In this document: positions 1-8,638 of the stretch, piece after piece | Numbering within the stretch: position 1 is the first letter of the stretch | How the letters are laid out: each line of letters begins with the position of its first letter | Assembly (NCBI GenBank): GCA_963676565.1 | Contig: OY781089.1 | Span: forward strand, 3,104,001 to 3,168,000 | DNA: 64,000 bases | Source: Halarcobacter sp. | GTDB lineage: Bacteria; Campylobacterota; Campylobacteria; Campylobacterales; Arcobacteraceae | Direction: 5' to 3' | Notes under the pieces: model-generated | Told to the model about the DNA's origin: nothing | What the model saw: only the letters and a program-made list of their open reading frames with translations | The model's database searches: none | Position numbers and translations under genes: made by a program

Positions 1-1330
1 TAACTTCTGCATCATCAATCACATTCATTGATAGTTTTATATTATGATAATTTAAAGAACTTTTAATAATGAAGTGAGCTTTTTCACAAGTATATTTTAC
101 ATTAAAGATTTTCTTTGCCTCTTCTGGTCTAAAAAAGTTTTGAAAATCAGATATAGTTTGGGTCATATATAAAGTCAAAGCATCAGCTTCATCTATTTTT
201 TCTTCTAAATACTCTTTTGTAAATTCATTAAATTCATATGTTGCAAGCATATTCATATGAATAGCAGAAATCTCACTTAAAGGTTGTCTCCATTGATGTG
301 CAATATTTCCAATCATCTCTCCCATTGAGGCTAGTTTTGATTGCTGTATTAGAATCTGTTCTTGTTCCATTCTTTTATCTATCTCTTCTTGAATTTTATA
401 TTCTAGGTTATCTATCATATCATTCATCATAATTTTTAATTCATTTAAAATTGCACTATCAGATTTTTTTGTAAGTCTCATACCAAGGTTTCCACCTTTT
501 ATATTTTTTAAAACTTCTGTAGCATCTTTTATTAGAATCTCATTCTTTTTAATATTATCTTCAACATTTTGGAAATTTTGATTAATAGATTCTGCCATTT
601 GGAAAAACTCATCTTTAGAGTGAATTATAATTTTTTGTGCTTTATCCTTTTTATAATTTAGATACTCAAAAAATTCATTTAAACCCCTTTGAACAATATT
701 TAAAGAAGTTATAATATTGTTTGAAACAAGCCAACCTGCAATAATAGAAAATAGCATTACAACAAGAAAATAAATAGCCACTTCTATTATCAATGATTTT
801 GATTCTTCAACAGCTTTCATATAAGAATTTTCTACTTCATTTAAAAGTTCACTTTGAATAGAAAGTAAATGATTCATCAAAAGGTCAAAATGTTTTTTAT
901 CTTTTGTTGAAACATTTATATATGCCCCTTCTTCAAAGCCTCTTTTTAAATATGCTTGTGTTCTTTCAATAACCTTTTTATAGTTATTCCACAAAATAGA
1001 TGTTTTTTTATTTTCTATTTTAATTTTCAAAAAAGAGTTATCAAGTTTTTCTACTAAAAGATTTATATCTTTTTGAATTATTGATCTTTGTTTTTTATTC
1101 GGAGCAATTACAATTGACTGATTTATTCCTCTTAATTTATATAGTGGAGCTATTATATTATCTTGCAAAAGTAAAGTTTTTTCAGATTGAATATAAACAT
1201 CTTTTAATCTATCTTTTGCTTTTTCACTTGTATTTATTGAAATCCATCCAAAAATAAAAACAGAACAACATAAAATTATAAAAAGAATACTCAATTTTGC
1301 TTTGATATTAAATCTATCAAACAGTTTCAT
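1..1330 (-). CDS. Membrane-bound sensor histidine kinase (helical periplasmic sensor, HAMP-like region, HisKA); C-terminus runs off the window edge
   Basis: Not in the ORF track. ATG at 1330 overlaps the upstream TAA. Translates MKLFDRFNIKAKLSILFIIL... with two TM segments and H-box QQSKLASMGEMIGNIAHQWRQPL; frame open to position 1. Confidence 0.9.
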   Translation of the reverse strand, partial: MKLFDRFNIKAKLSILFIILCCSVFIFGWISINTSEKAKDRLKDVYIQSEKTLLLQDNIIAPLYKLRGINQSIVIAPNKKQRSIIQKDINLLVEKLDNSFLKIKIENKKTSILWNNYKKVIERTQAYLKRGFEEGAYINVSTKDKKHFDLLMNHLLSIQSELLNEVENSYMKAVEESKSLIIEVAIYFLVVMLFSIIAGWLVSNNIITSLNIVQRGLNEFFEYLNYKKDKAQKIIIHSKDEFFQMAESINQNFQNVEDNIKKNEILIKDATEVLKNIKGGNLGMRLTKKSDSAILNELKIMMNDMIDNLEYKIQEEIDKRMEQEQILIQQSKLASMGEMIGNIAHQWRQPLSEISAIHMNMLATYEFNEFTKEYLEEKIDEADALTLYMTQTISDFQNFFRPEEAKKIFNVKYTCEKAHFIIKSSLNYHNIKLSMNVIDDAEV

Positions 1331-2973
1331 TATTTAATCCTTAGGGGTACTATAGGTGTATGAAAATCGATAGGATACTTTTTCTCTTCTCTTACGGACC
1401 AATGGTTTTTCGTAATTTTTGTTTTCCATAGTGGAGCAATCCCTCCTGCATATGGTTCATATATAACTTCTTTATTAACAGCAATTACTTTATTATGAGA
1501 AGGAACTCTTAATGTATAAGCCATATCTCTAGCTCTATTTAAAATTTTAGAAACAATATCTTCATAACTTGAACTATTTATTTTTGTAGTAAAAAATTCA
1601 TCTATGTACTCTTTCATAAACTTGTCATTTGGAATAATAGACCAAGGAGAGTCATTTTCATAAATAAACATTACTGTCCAAGGGTTTTGGTAATACCAAT
1701 CATCATCACCCCAAGCTAACAAATCCCAACTTTTGGTATTTTTTGAAGATCTTGTATTTAAAAGTTGCTCATAAATATCTTTTTCACTAGTGGTAACATC
1801 ATAAACTAATTTCACACCATATTTTTCAAGTTGATACTCTATTCCTCTCCATAAAAACATAAACCTATCTTGAGTAAAAACATTTAATACTAATCCATTT
1901 AATAATTGATGTTTTTTTTCTTCTGACATGGTATGAGTTTTATACTCATTTTTTTTTGCAATCTCTTTTACCACTCTAAAGTTTATTGATGTAGCAAAAG
2001 GGGATATTGTTCCTTCTTTTTTATAAATAAAATTTAAAATATTTTCTTGATTTATTGCTTCATTTAACGCTAATCTTATCTCTTTATTTGCTAGTTTTTT
2101 ATTTCCATTTATAAGATTGAAAAATATAATAATATTATTGGTTGATTCTTTTATCACAAGCTTTGAATATTTTGACATCACAGCTTCAATTTTTTTATCA
2201 AAAGGGATTGGGGAAACATCAAGTCTACCCTCATAATTTACTACATTCTCAAAAGCCTCTTCTGTATTAAGTTGAGTATATACTGTAACTTTTTTTATTT
2301 TTGGATACTGTTTATCCCAATAATATGGGTTTGCTTCTAAAACTATCTTTTCTGTTTGTTTTTTACCAACAGCATAACCACTTTTTAATATATAAGGTCC
2401 CATCCCATAAGGTCCAGGTTCTTGAGTTCCAGTTTCAGTCTCTTCAGCTTTTGTTGGATACTTCTTTAAATACTCATCTGTAAAGAAAAAAACCCTTGCA
2501 AGGTCTGTAAAAAAAAGTTCATATTTTTGTTTCAATTCTATTTTAAGTCTATATTCATCCACTTTACTTATCTCAAAATCAATTTTATCTACATTTGAAA
2601 ATAAAAAAGGATTCTTTTTAAAATGATTAAGGTTGTTTATTGCAGAATCAATTGTAAAGGGCGTCCCATCTTGAAATTTTAGATTTCTTTTTATTTCAAA
2701 TATATAAGTATAGTCATCAACTCTTTCATGTGACTTTGCTAAATCATAAACCCAACCTCTTTCATTATCATCAGAACGAATTAAACCTGCATTTGTATTT
2801 TTTGAAATATAAATATAAGGGATACTTGGGAAAAAAACTTTTATATGAGATTTTGGATGCATATATTCAATGGCATTTGAAGAAGAAGTATCTTCTTTAA
2901 AAATCTCATCATCAAGAGCATTTGAATAAGAAAAAGCTAGAATAGCAACTAAAATAAAAAATGTTCTAACCAA
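1330..2973 (-). CDS. Periplasmic solute-binding protein, family 5 (DppA/OppA/NikA-like)
   Basis: Signal peptide; family-5 motifs LAKSHERVDDYTYIFEIKRNLKFQDGTPFT, GMGPYIL, LEANPYYW, IRLALNEAIN. Confidence 0.85.
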   Translation of the reverse strand: MVRTFFILVAILAFSYSNALDDEIFKEDTSSSNAIEYMHPKSHIKVFFPSIPYIYISKNTNAGLIRSDDNERGWVYDLAKSHERVDDYTYIFEIKRNLKFQDGTPFTIDSAINNLNHFKKNPFLFSNVDKIDFEISKVDEYRLKIELKQKYELFFTDLARVFFFTDEYLKKYPTKAEETETGTQEPGPYGMGPYILKSGYAVGKKQTEKIVLEANPYYWDKQYPKIKKVTVYTQLNTEEAFENVVNYEGRLDVSPIPFDKKIEAVMSKYSKLVIKESTNNIIIFFNLINGNKKLANKEIRLALNEAINQENILNFIYKKEGTISPFATSINFRVVKEIAKKNEYKTHTMSEEKKHQLLNGLVLNVFTQDRFMFLWRGIEYQLEKYGVKLVYDVTTSEKDIYEQLLNTRSSKNTKSWDLLAWGDDDWYYQNPWTVMFIYENDSPWSIIPNDKFMKEYIDEFFTTKINSSSYEDIVSKILNRARDMAYTLRVPSHNKVIAVNKEVIYEPYAGGIAPLWKTKITKNHWSVREEKKYPIDFHTPIVPLRIK

Positions 2974-3649
2974 TTTTATATCCTATCCCAGAAAGATTAT
3001 TTATTATATTTGTAGGTAGTTTTTTTCTTAAATGTAAAACTACAGAGCGTAAAGCACTATCTGTCATAACAAGTTCTTGCCAAACCTTATCTTGTAATTC
3101 ATCATAGGTAACAACTCTATTTTGATTTTGCATTAGTAACTCTATAAATCTAATCTCTTTTTTATTTAAAACTATTATCTCACCTTTGTATTTTAGTTTT
3201 TTAATACCAAAATCGTAAGTATAGTTTTCATCACTTTCTAATTTAATTACTTCATTAATATTTAATGATTCAATACACTTTCCTAAAGTTTCAAAAAGCA
3301 TTTTTGTAGTTATTGGTTTTACAAGATATTTTTCCATATGTAACTCTACTGCTTCTAATAAATATTTCTTTTCTGTATGTGCAGTAATCATAACTACAGG
3401 AGTGGTTTTATCGACTTTTCTTACTTCTTTTATAAACGTGATCCCATCCATTAAAGGCATATGTATATCACTTAAAATAATATCAGGTTTTTTTTCAAAA
3501 TAAAGGTCTAAAGCTTCTTTTCCATTTGTTGCTTCATAGACTTCTTTTGAGTAATATCTAAGTGTTTTTAAAATGTTTTTTCGTATACCATCTTCATCTT
3601 CTGCATAAAGAATTCTCAAAGGTTTTAATTGTAATTTTACGTTATTCAA
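2966..3649 (-). CDS. OmpR-family response regulator
   Basis: REC domain (AEDE, DIHMPLMDG, KP) plus winged-helix C-terminus (GIGYKI). Confidence 0.92.
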   Translation of the reverse strand: MNNVKLQLKPLRILYAEDEDGIRKNILKTLRYYSKEVYEATNGKEALDLYFEKKPDIILSDIHMPLMDGITFIKEVRKVDKTTPVVMITAHTEKKYLLEAVELHMEKYLVKPITTKMLFETLGKCIESLNINEVIKLESDENYTYDFGIKKLKYKGEIIVLNKKEIRFIELLMQNQNRVVTYDELQDKVWQELVMTDSALRSVVLHLRKKLPTNIINNLSGIGYKIG

Positions 3650-3667
3650 AATCTTCTCCTAGTTGTA

Positions 3668-3710
3668 AAACTTTTTTTATTATACCAGCGAAACTTTTTT
3701 TATTATACCA
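3668..3710 (-). promoter_or_regulatory. Exact 20-bp tandem duplication, each copy containing an extended -10 element (TGGTATAAT on the minus strand)
   Basis: AAACTTTTTTTATTATACCA at 3668-3687 and 3691-3710, upstream of the response regulator. Confidence 0.65.
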
Positions 3711-3819
3711 AATAAAAATTAAACCAATAAATTAAGACAAATTTAAAAAAATAGCAAAATATGTATTTTTTTGCGATTTTTTTCCATTAGAATTAAGGAA
3801 ATCAAAACAAAGGAAAGAT

Positions 3820-4107
3820 ATGCGAAAAATATTATTTACGGCATTAATTTTATTTCAAGCTTCTATGTTTGCTGATGCAGCTACTGCATTTAAAGCTTGT
3901 GTAGCTTGTCATGGAGCAAATGGAGAAAAAGTGGCACTTGGTAAAAGTAAAATCATCAAAGACATGAGTAAAGAAGATTTCATTAAAGCAATGAAAGGTT
4001 ATAAAGATGGAACTTATGGAGGACAACTAAAAGGTATGATGAAAGCTCAGGCTGCTAGATTAAATGATTCTGATATTGAAGCAATTGCAGAGATGATAAC
4101 AAAATAG
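3820..4107 (+). CDS. Periplasmic monoheme cytochrome c (c553-like)
   Basis: Signal peptide, CVACH heme motif, distal Met in GMMKAQ. Confidence 0.92.
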   Translation: MRKILFTALILFQASMFADAATAFKACVACHGANGEKVALGKSKIIKDMSKEDFIKAMKGYKDGTYGGQLKGMMKAQAARLNDSDIEAIAEMITK

Positions 4108-4120
4108 AAAGTAGGAAAAA

Positions 4121-4678
4121 ATGGAAGCAGTTAAAAGTAATGATTTTTCACAAAGACTAGAAAAGGTATTAATCTTAAAAAATATATTTTCAAGTAAAAA
4201 TGAAGATGAACTATTCAAAGCTTTTTCAGAATTAAATAGTGGTTTAGAAGTTGATAAAACAACTCTTGAATCAGATTTCAATCGATACTTTATAGGTCCG
4301 GATGCTCCAATAGCTCCTCCATATTCATCGGTGTATATTGATAAAACTGATTCACTTATGACAGAAACTACTCAAAAAGTAAGAGATCTTTATGAAATCA
4401 TGGGCTTTAAGAATAAGTTAAAAAATTCTATTCCTGAAGACTTTTTAGGTTTAGAGTTGGATGCTTATTATCAACTACTTTTCATTGAAGAGAAAACTAA
4501 CTATTTATCTGAGATTAGATGTTATTTTTTATTTGAACATATTAAAGTTTGGATTTACGACTTTATAGAGGCTGTGTTATCAAATAAAGATAATCCTTCT
4601 GATGCAATAAATTATATTGTTCAGGAATTAAAATTGTTTTTTGACAACGAATTTAAATACGAAGGAGATTTAAAATGA
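4121..4678 (+). CDS. TorD/DmsD-family molybdoenzyme maturation chaperone
   Basis: FIGP..APPYSSVY and PEDFLGLEL motifs; lies directly upstream of a Tat molybdoenzyme. Confidence 0.88.
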   Translation: MEAVKSNDFSQRLEKVLILKNIFSSKNEDELFKAFSELNSGLEVDKTTLESDFNRYFIGPDAPIAPPYSSVYIDKTDSLMTETTQKVRDLYEIMGFKNKLKNSIPEDFLGLELDAYYQLLFIEEKTNYLSEIRCYFLFEHIKVWIYDFIEAVLSNKDNPSDAINYIVQELKLFFDNEFKYEGDLK

Positions 4679-6954
4679 ATTACGTAAAAGAAAATGTAGA
4701 CTCAATTTTAAATGATGGAGTAAACAGACGTGGGTTTTTAAAAGGACTAGCTGCCTGTGGTGCATTATCTATGTTTCCAGGTGGAAACTTATTGGCTAAT
4801 GAATCTTTAAATACAAAGATTCCTTATTTAGGTAAAAAAAGTTATACAACTTTTAGAAATGCCTGTCCAAGAAACTGTTATGACACTTGTAGTATCAAAA
4901 CATTTGTAAAAGATGGTGTAATGCAGTTTATTGAAGGTGCAACAGAATCAACATATACAAGAGGTGGTTGTTGTGTAAAAGGAAACTCATATGTAAGAAG
5001 AGTTTATTCTCCTAAAAGAATCAAATACCCAATGTTACAAGTAGGTGGTAAAGGTTCTGGTTCTTGGAAAAGAATCTCTTGGGATGAAGCTATTAGCAGA
5101 ATTGGTGACAAACTTCTAAGTATGAAAAAAGAAGATGGACATATGCTAGGCGCTGCACTTACAAAATACTCTGGAAACTTTGGTATTACTCATTACGGTG
5201 TTGAAGGAATGTTTAGTTCTATTGGATATACAACAAGATTTGGTGGAACTCCATGTTGGCCAGCAGGTATTGATGCACAAAATTTTGATACAGGTAATAT
5301 GTGGTGTAATGACCCAGAAGAAATGAAAGATAGTAAATATATCATTCTTTGGGGAGTTAATCCAGCTTCAAACTCTGTTCATAGTATGAAATATATCTAT
5401 GAAGCAAAAAGAAAAGGAGCTAAAGTTATTGTAATTGATCCATTATTTACAGAAACTGCTTCTAAAGTAAATGAATATTATCAAGTTAAAGCTGGAAGTG
5501 ATGGCTTATTAGCTTTAGCAATGGCAAAAATCATTGTTGAAAATAACTTGCATGACAAAAAATGGCTTAAGAAAAACTCTCACGGATATGATAAATTTGA
5601 AAAATATTTAAAAACTATATCAGTTAAAGAAGCTTCTGAAGTAAGTGGTCTTTCAGAAAAAATGATAAAAGAGATTGCACTAGGTTTTGCAAAAGCAGAT
5701 CCTGCAACAGTATGGATTGGATATGGTATTCAAAGACATACAAATGGTGGTTCTATGGTTAGAGCTATTGATGCACTAGTAGCAGTTACTGGAAATGTTG
5801 GTAAATATGCAGGTGGAGCTAGATATGGACACTTAAATACTTGGGGATTTAATTACAATGCAATGACAAATCCTAAACCAGAAGGAAGTATTGGTTATAC
5901 AGGTTCAGCTAAATCTATGGGTGATATTCATGGTGGTGGAGAAGGTGATCATAAAGTTAAATATTCTGATAGATATCTAAATATTAACAAAACAGCTGAA
6001 GGTATTTTAACAGCAACAGATCCAAAAATCAAACTTTTATGGGTTGCATGTAAAAACCCATTAGCTCAAGATTTTGATAGAAATAAAATTATTAAAGCAT
6101 TTAATACTGTTGATATGATAGTTGTTGCTGATCAATTCTTTAACGAAACTACAAAATGGGCAGATATTGTTCTTCCTGTAACAACGCAGTTTGAAGAGTA
6201 TGATGTAAATGTGTCTTATTGGCACTATTGGTTAAGCTTAAATGAACAAGCAATTAAACCACTTCATGAAGTAAAATCTGACCTTGAAATTGCATCATTA
6301 TTATCTAAATATATGAATAAAAAAGAGGCAGGTTCTTGTACTTTCCCTCAAAAATATGATAGTAAAAAGTTAACTATTAAAGAGTTTAACAAAGGTATAT
6401 ATGATCAATTTGGAATTAAATCTTGGAAAGAATTACAAGATGGTCCAAAAAAAGCTAAAGCAGTAATTCCTTTTGCTGATGGAAAATTTAATACTCCAAG
6501 TGGTAAATTTGAATTCTATTCTGAAAAAGCTGTAGAGTACGGACACACTGCATTACCTGAATATTTAGAAGTTAGAAAACCTTATGATAAATATAGATTA
6601 ACAACTCTACACTGTAGATATTCTTTACATTCACAATTCCAAAATTTAGATTGGATGGAAGATATTCATCCTGAACCATTTGTTTATGTGAATCCAGAAG
6701 ATGCAGAATACAAAAGAATTAAAACTGGAGATACTGTAGCAGTATTTAATAAACAAGGTCTTTTAAGACTTAAAGCAAAAGTTACTGATAATACACCAGT
6801 TGGAACATTTATGATGTATGAACAGTGGTACAACAATAGTATTTATAATGTAAATGAATTAGTTGATGATACATCTTCTGACATGGGATCATTTAAAACA
6901 GGTGCACCTGGAATTGCACTACAAGATACTTATGTAAATATAAGAAAAGTATAA
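4675..6954 (+). CDS. Tat-exported bis-MGD molybdopterin oxidoreductase catalytic subunit (DMSO reductase superfamily), substrate unknown
   Basis: Twin-Arg NRRGFLK; FS0 motif CPRNCYDTC...CVKG; RISWDEA; WGVNPA; ADIVLP; C-terminal molydop-binding region (VNPEDA); candidate Cys ligand in TPCWPAG. Confidence 0.92.
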   Translation: MNYVKENVDSILNDGVNRRGFLKGLAACGALSMFPGGNLLANESLNTKIPYLGKKSYTTFRNACPRNCYDTCSIKTFVKDGVMQFIEGATESTYTRGGCCVKGNSYVRRVYSPKRIKYPMLQVGGKGSGSWKRISWDEAISRIGDKLLSMKKEDGHMLGAALTKYSGNFGITHYGVEGMFSSIGYTTRFGGTPCWPAGIDAQNFDTGNMWCNDPEEMKDSKYIILWGVNPASNSVHSMKYIYEAKRKGAKVIVIDPLFTETASKVNEYYQVKAGSDGLLALAMAKIIVENNLHDKKWLKKNSHGYDKFEKYLKTISVKEASEVSGLSEKMIKEIALGFAKADPATVWIGYGIQRHTNGGSMVRAIDALVAVTGNVGKYAGGARYGHLNTWGFNYNAMTNPKPEGSIGYTGSAKSMGDIHGGGEGDHKVKYSDRYLNINKTAEGILTATDPKIKLLWVACKNPLAQDFDRNKIIKAFNTVDMIVVADQFFNETTKWADIVLPVTTQFEEYDVNVSYWHYWLSLNEQAIKPLHEVKSDLEIASLLSKYMNKKEAGSCTFPQKYDSKKLTIKEFNKGIYDQFGIKSWKELQDGPKKAKAVIPFADGKFNTPSGKFEFYSEKAVEYGHTALPEYLEVRKPYDKYRLTTLHCRYSLHSQFQNLDWMEDIHPEPFVYVNPEDAEYKRIKTGDTVAVFNKQGLLRLKAKVTDNTPVGTFMMYEQWYNNSIYNVNELVDDTSSDMGSFKTGAPGIALQDTYVNIRKV

Positions 6955-6964
6955 GGAGGAAGTT

Positions 6965-7600
6965 ATGCAAAAAGCTTTTTTAGTAGATAGTGAAAAATGT
7001 TTAGGGTGTAATACTTGTGCAATGGCATGTAAAAACCAATATCACCAAGATAAAGGGATATTATGGAGAAAAGTAAGAGAAATTGGCCATGAAGACTATA
7101 GAACAGATCAAAATAATATTTTACCTACTCTAGTATGGTATGCAAAACCTGAAAAAGTAGATGTTCCTGCTGAAAGATACTATGCATCAATTGCATGTAA
7201 TCACTGTGAAGAACCAGCTTGTGTTGCTATATGTCCTGTTCAGGCTCATACAAAAGATCCAGAAACAGGTATTTGTAAACACGATCAAAGTTTATGTATT
7301 GGATGTGGAGGATGTGTAAAAGCATGTCCATTTGGTGCATCTAAATTCAATGAAAGATTAGGAAAAGCAGAAAAATGTAGTATGTGTTGGGAAAGACAAG
7401 CTGATGGTAAACTACCTGCTTGTGTTCAATCTTGTCCAGTAGAAGCTATTAAACTTATCGATATTCATGATGAAAAATATGCAAATATAGGAGAAAAACA
7501 TCCTTTAGGACTTGATTATGCGGTTGAAGCTCCAACAAGACCAAGTACAAGATTTATTAAACCAAAAATGCCGGATAATATATATCGATTAGAAGGATGA
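6965..7600 (+). CDS. DmsB-like 4x[4Fe-4S] electron-transfer subunit
   Basis: Cys groups CLGCNTCAMAC, CNHCEEPACVAICP, CIGCGGCVKACP, CSMC...ACVQSCP. Confidence 0.93.
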   Translation: MQKAFLVDSEKCLGCNTCAMACKNQYHQDKGILWRKVREIGHEDYRTDQNNILPTLVWYAKPEKVDVPAERYYASIACNHCEEPACVAICPVQAHTKDPETGICKHDQSLCIGCGGCVKACPFGASKFNERLGKAEKCSMCWERQADGKLPACVQSCPVEAIKLIDIHDEKYANIGEKHPLGLDYAVEAPTRPSTRFIKPKMPDNIYRLEG

Positions 7601-7617
7601 TAAGATAAGGATATATA

Positions 7618-8028
7618 ATGAAAATTATATTCACACTTCTTTTTCTTTTTTTAACATTACTTTTTGGCGAGCAAGACTCGCCAAAAGTATGTCCTATAAA
7701 TAAAAAAGATTTTAACTACTACGCTAATCAGAAAGTTGATGTTTCAATTCCTTTAGAATTTTCTTTAGGAAAAAATGAGATAAAAATAAAATTGAGTGAA
7801 ACAGAGTATCCATCAGGATATAATGTTGTAGCTTTTATTGATGTGGAAGTGAGTTCATCAAAAGTTGAACCTGAAGTAGAAAATGGTATTCCAATTACTT
7901 CTATAGAGTTTTTTGAAAAAGGAAAATATGAATTACAATTAAATGTAAATATCATATATAGAAGTAGCTGAGCAGGTGTACAAGTTGCTAGTTTAGCAAG
8001 ACAAAAAATCTCCGTAGCTATTAAATAA
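7618..8028 (+). CDS. Putative secreted selenoprotein, 136 aa if UGA 7969-7971 is read as Sec (...YRSS-U-AGVQVASLARQKISVAIK); the ORF track stops it at 7971
   Basis: Signal peptide; 18 sense codons follow the UGA up to TAA 8026-8028; SECIS-like hairpin follows; terminator hairpin begins at the TAA. Confidence 0.7.
7985..7999 (+). promoter_or_regulatory. Candidate bacterial SECIS hairpin
   Basis: TTGCTA-GTT-TAGCAA; stem starts 13 nt after the UGA, and the apical loop begins with GU after a 19-nt spacer from the UGA. Confidence 0.65.
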
Positions 8029-8055
8029 AATAAGCCCTATAAAATGGGCTTATTT
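8028..8055. terminator. Bidirectional intrinsic terminator between convergent genes
   Basis: AAATAAGCCC-TATAAAAT-GGGCTTATTT. Confidence 0.75.
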
Positions 8056-8528
8056 AATTGATAGGGATTATACCTCACAAACTTTACATAATTTTTTATA
8101 CCTTCAAATATACCACCATCAAGATTAATCACCCTTTCATAACCTTTTGACTTTAAGAGTTTAGATACTTTAATTGATTCATTACCATTTTGAGAAAGTA
8201 TTGCAAATTCACTATTTTTATCAATAATAGTATTTAAATATCTTAGAAATTGGCTTTCGTCAAACCTTCTATCTTTACGATAAAAAGTTAATAATATACT
8301 ATGTTTTAAAACAGCTGTTCTTTTCAAGTCTTGTTCATTTCTAATGTCAATGATTGGTATATCTTTGAATAAAAAATCATTAGATAATTTTGCATGTTTT
8401 ACCTTTGTAGTATCCACTTCTAATAATTTAAGAACAAACACTACTGAAACCACTATTCCTAAAAAAATTGAAATTGTTACTACTATTAACTTTTTTGCTA
8501 AACCTAAGGTTTCATTATTATTTTCCAT
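8037..8528 (-). CDS. Membrane-anchored rhodanese-like domain protein lacking the catalytic Cys
   Basis: N-terminal TM; IIDIR and VINLDGGI rhodanese motifs; active-site loop reads ILSQNGNES. Start moved to ATG 8528 (MENNNE) with GGA upstream. Confidence 0.7.
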   Translation of the reverse strand: MENNNETLGLAKKLIVVTISIFLGIVVSVVFVLKLLEVDTTKVKHAKLSNDFLFKDIPIIDIRNEQDLKRTAVLKHSILLTFYRKDRRFDESQFLRYLNTIIDKNSEFAILSQNGNESIKVSKLLKSKGYERVINLDGGIFEGIKNYVKFVRYNPYQLNKPIL

Positions 8529-8638
8529 TTTAATTCCATTATTGTGTGCCAAGCTAAGGGAGGGAGAGAAACTTGGCACGGTTTGTGTTTTTTTGATTTA
8601 ATTTTAAATATTTTTTTAAGAGTAAGCTTAGAGAGTTC

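Noticed and set aside
4675..6954. dmsA gene symbol
   Set aside because: No DmsC anchor, and the ligand region looks Cys-based; substrate cannot be assigned from sequence
7598..7603. TGA ending the Fe-S subunit as a second Sec codon
   Set aside because: Immediately followed by TAA, with no SECIS-like hairpin; an ordinary double stop
8573..8588. Sigma-54 promoter-like TTGGCACGGTTTGTGT
   Set aside because: The -12 element is GTGT rather than TTGC, it points antisense into ribB, and it is better explained as a hairpin arm
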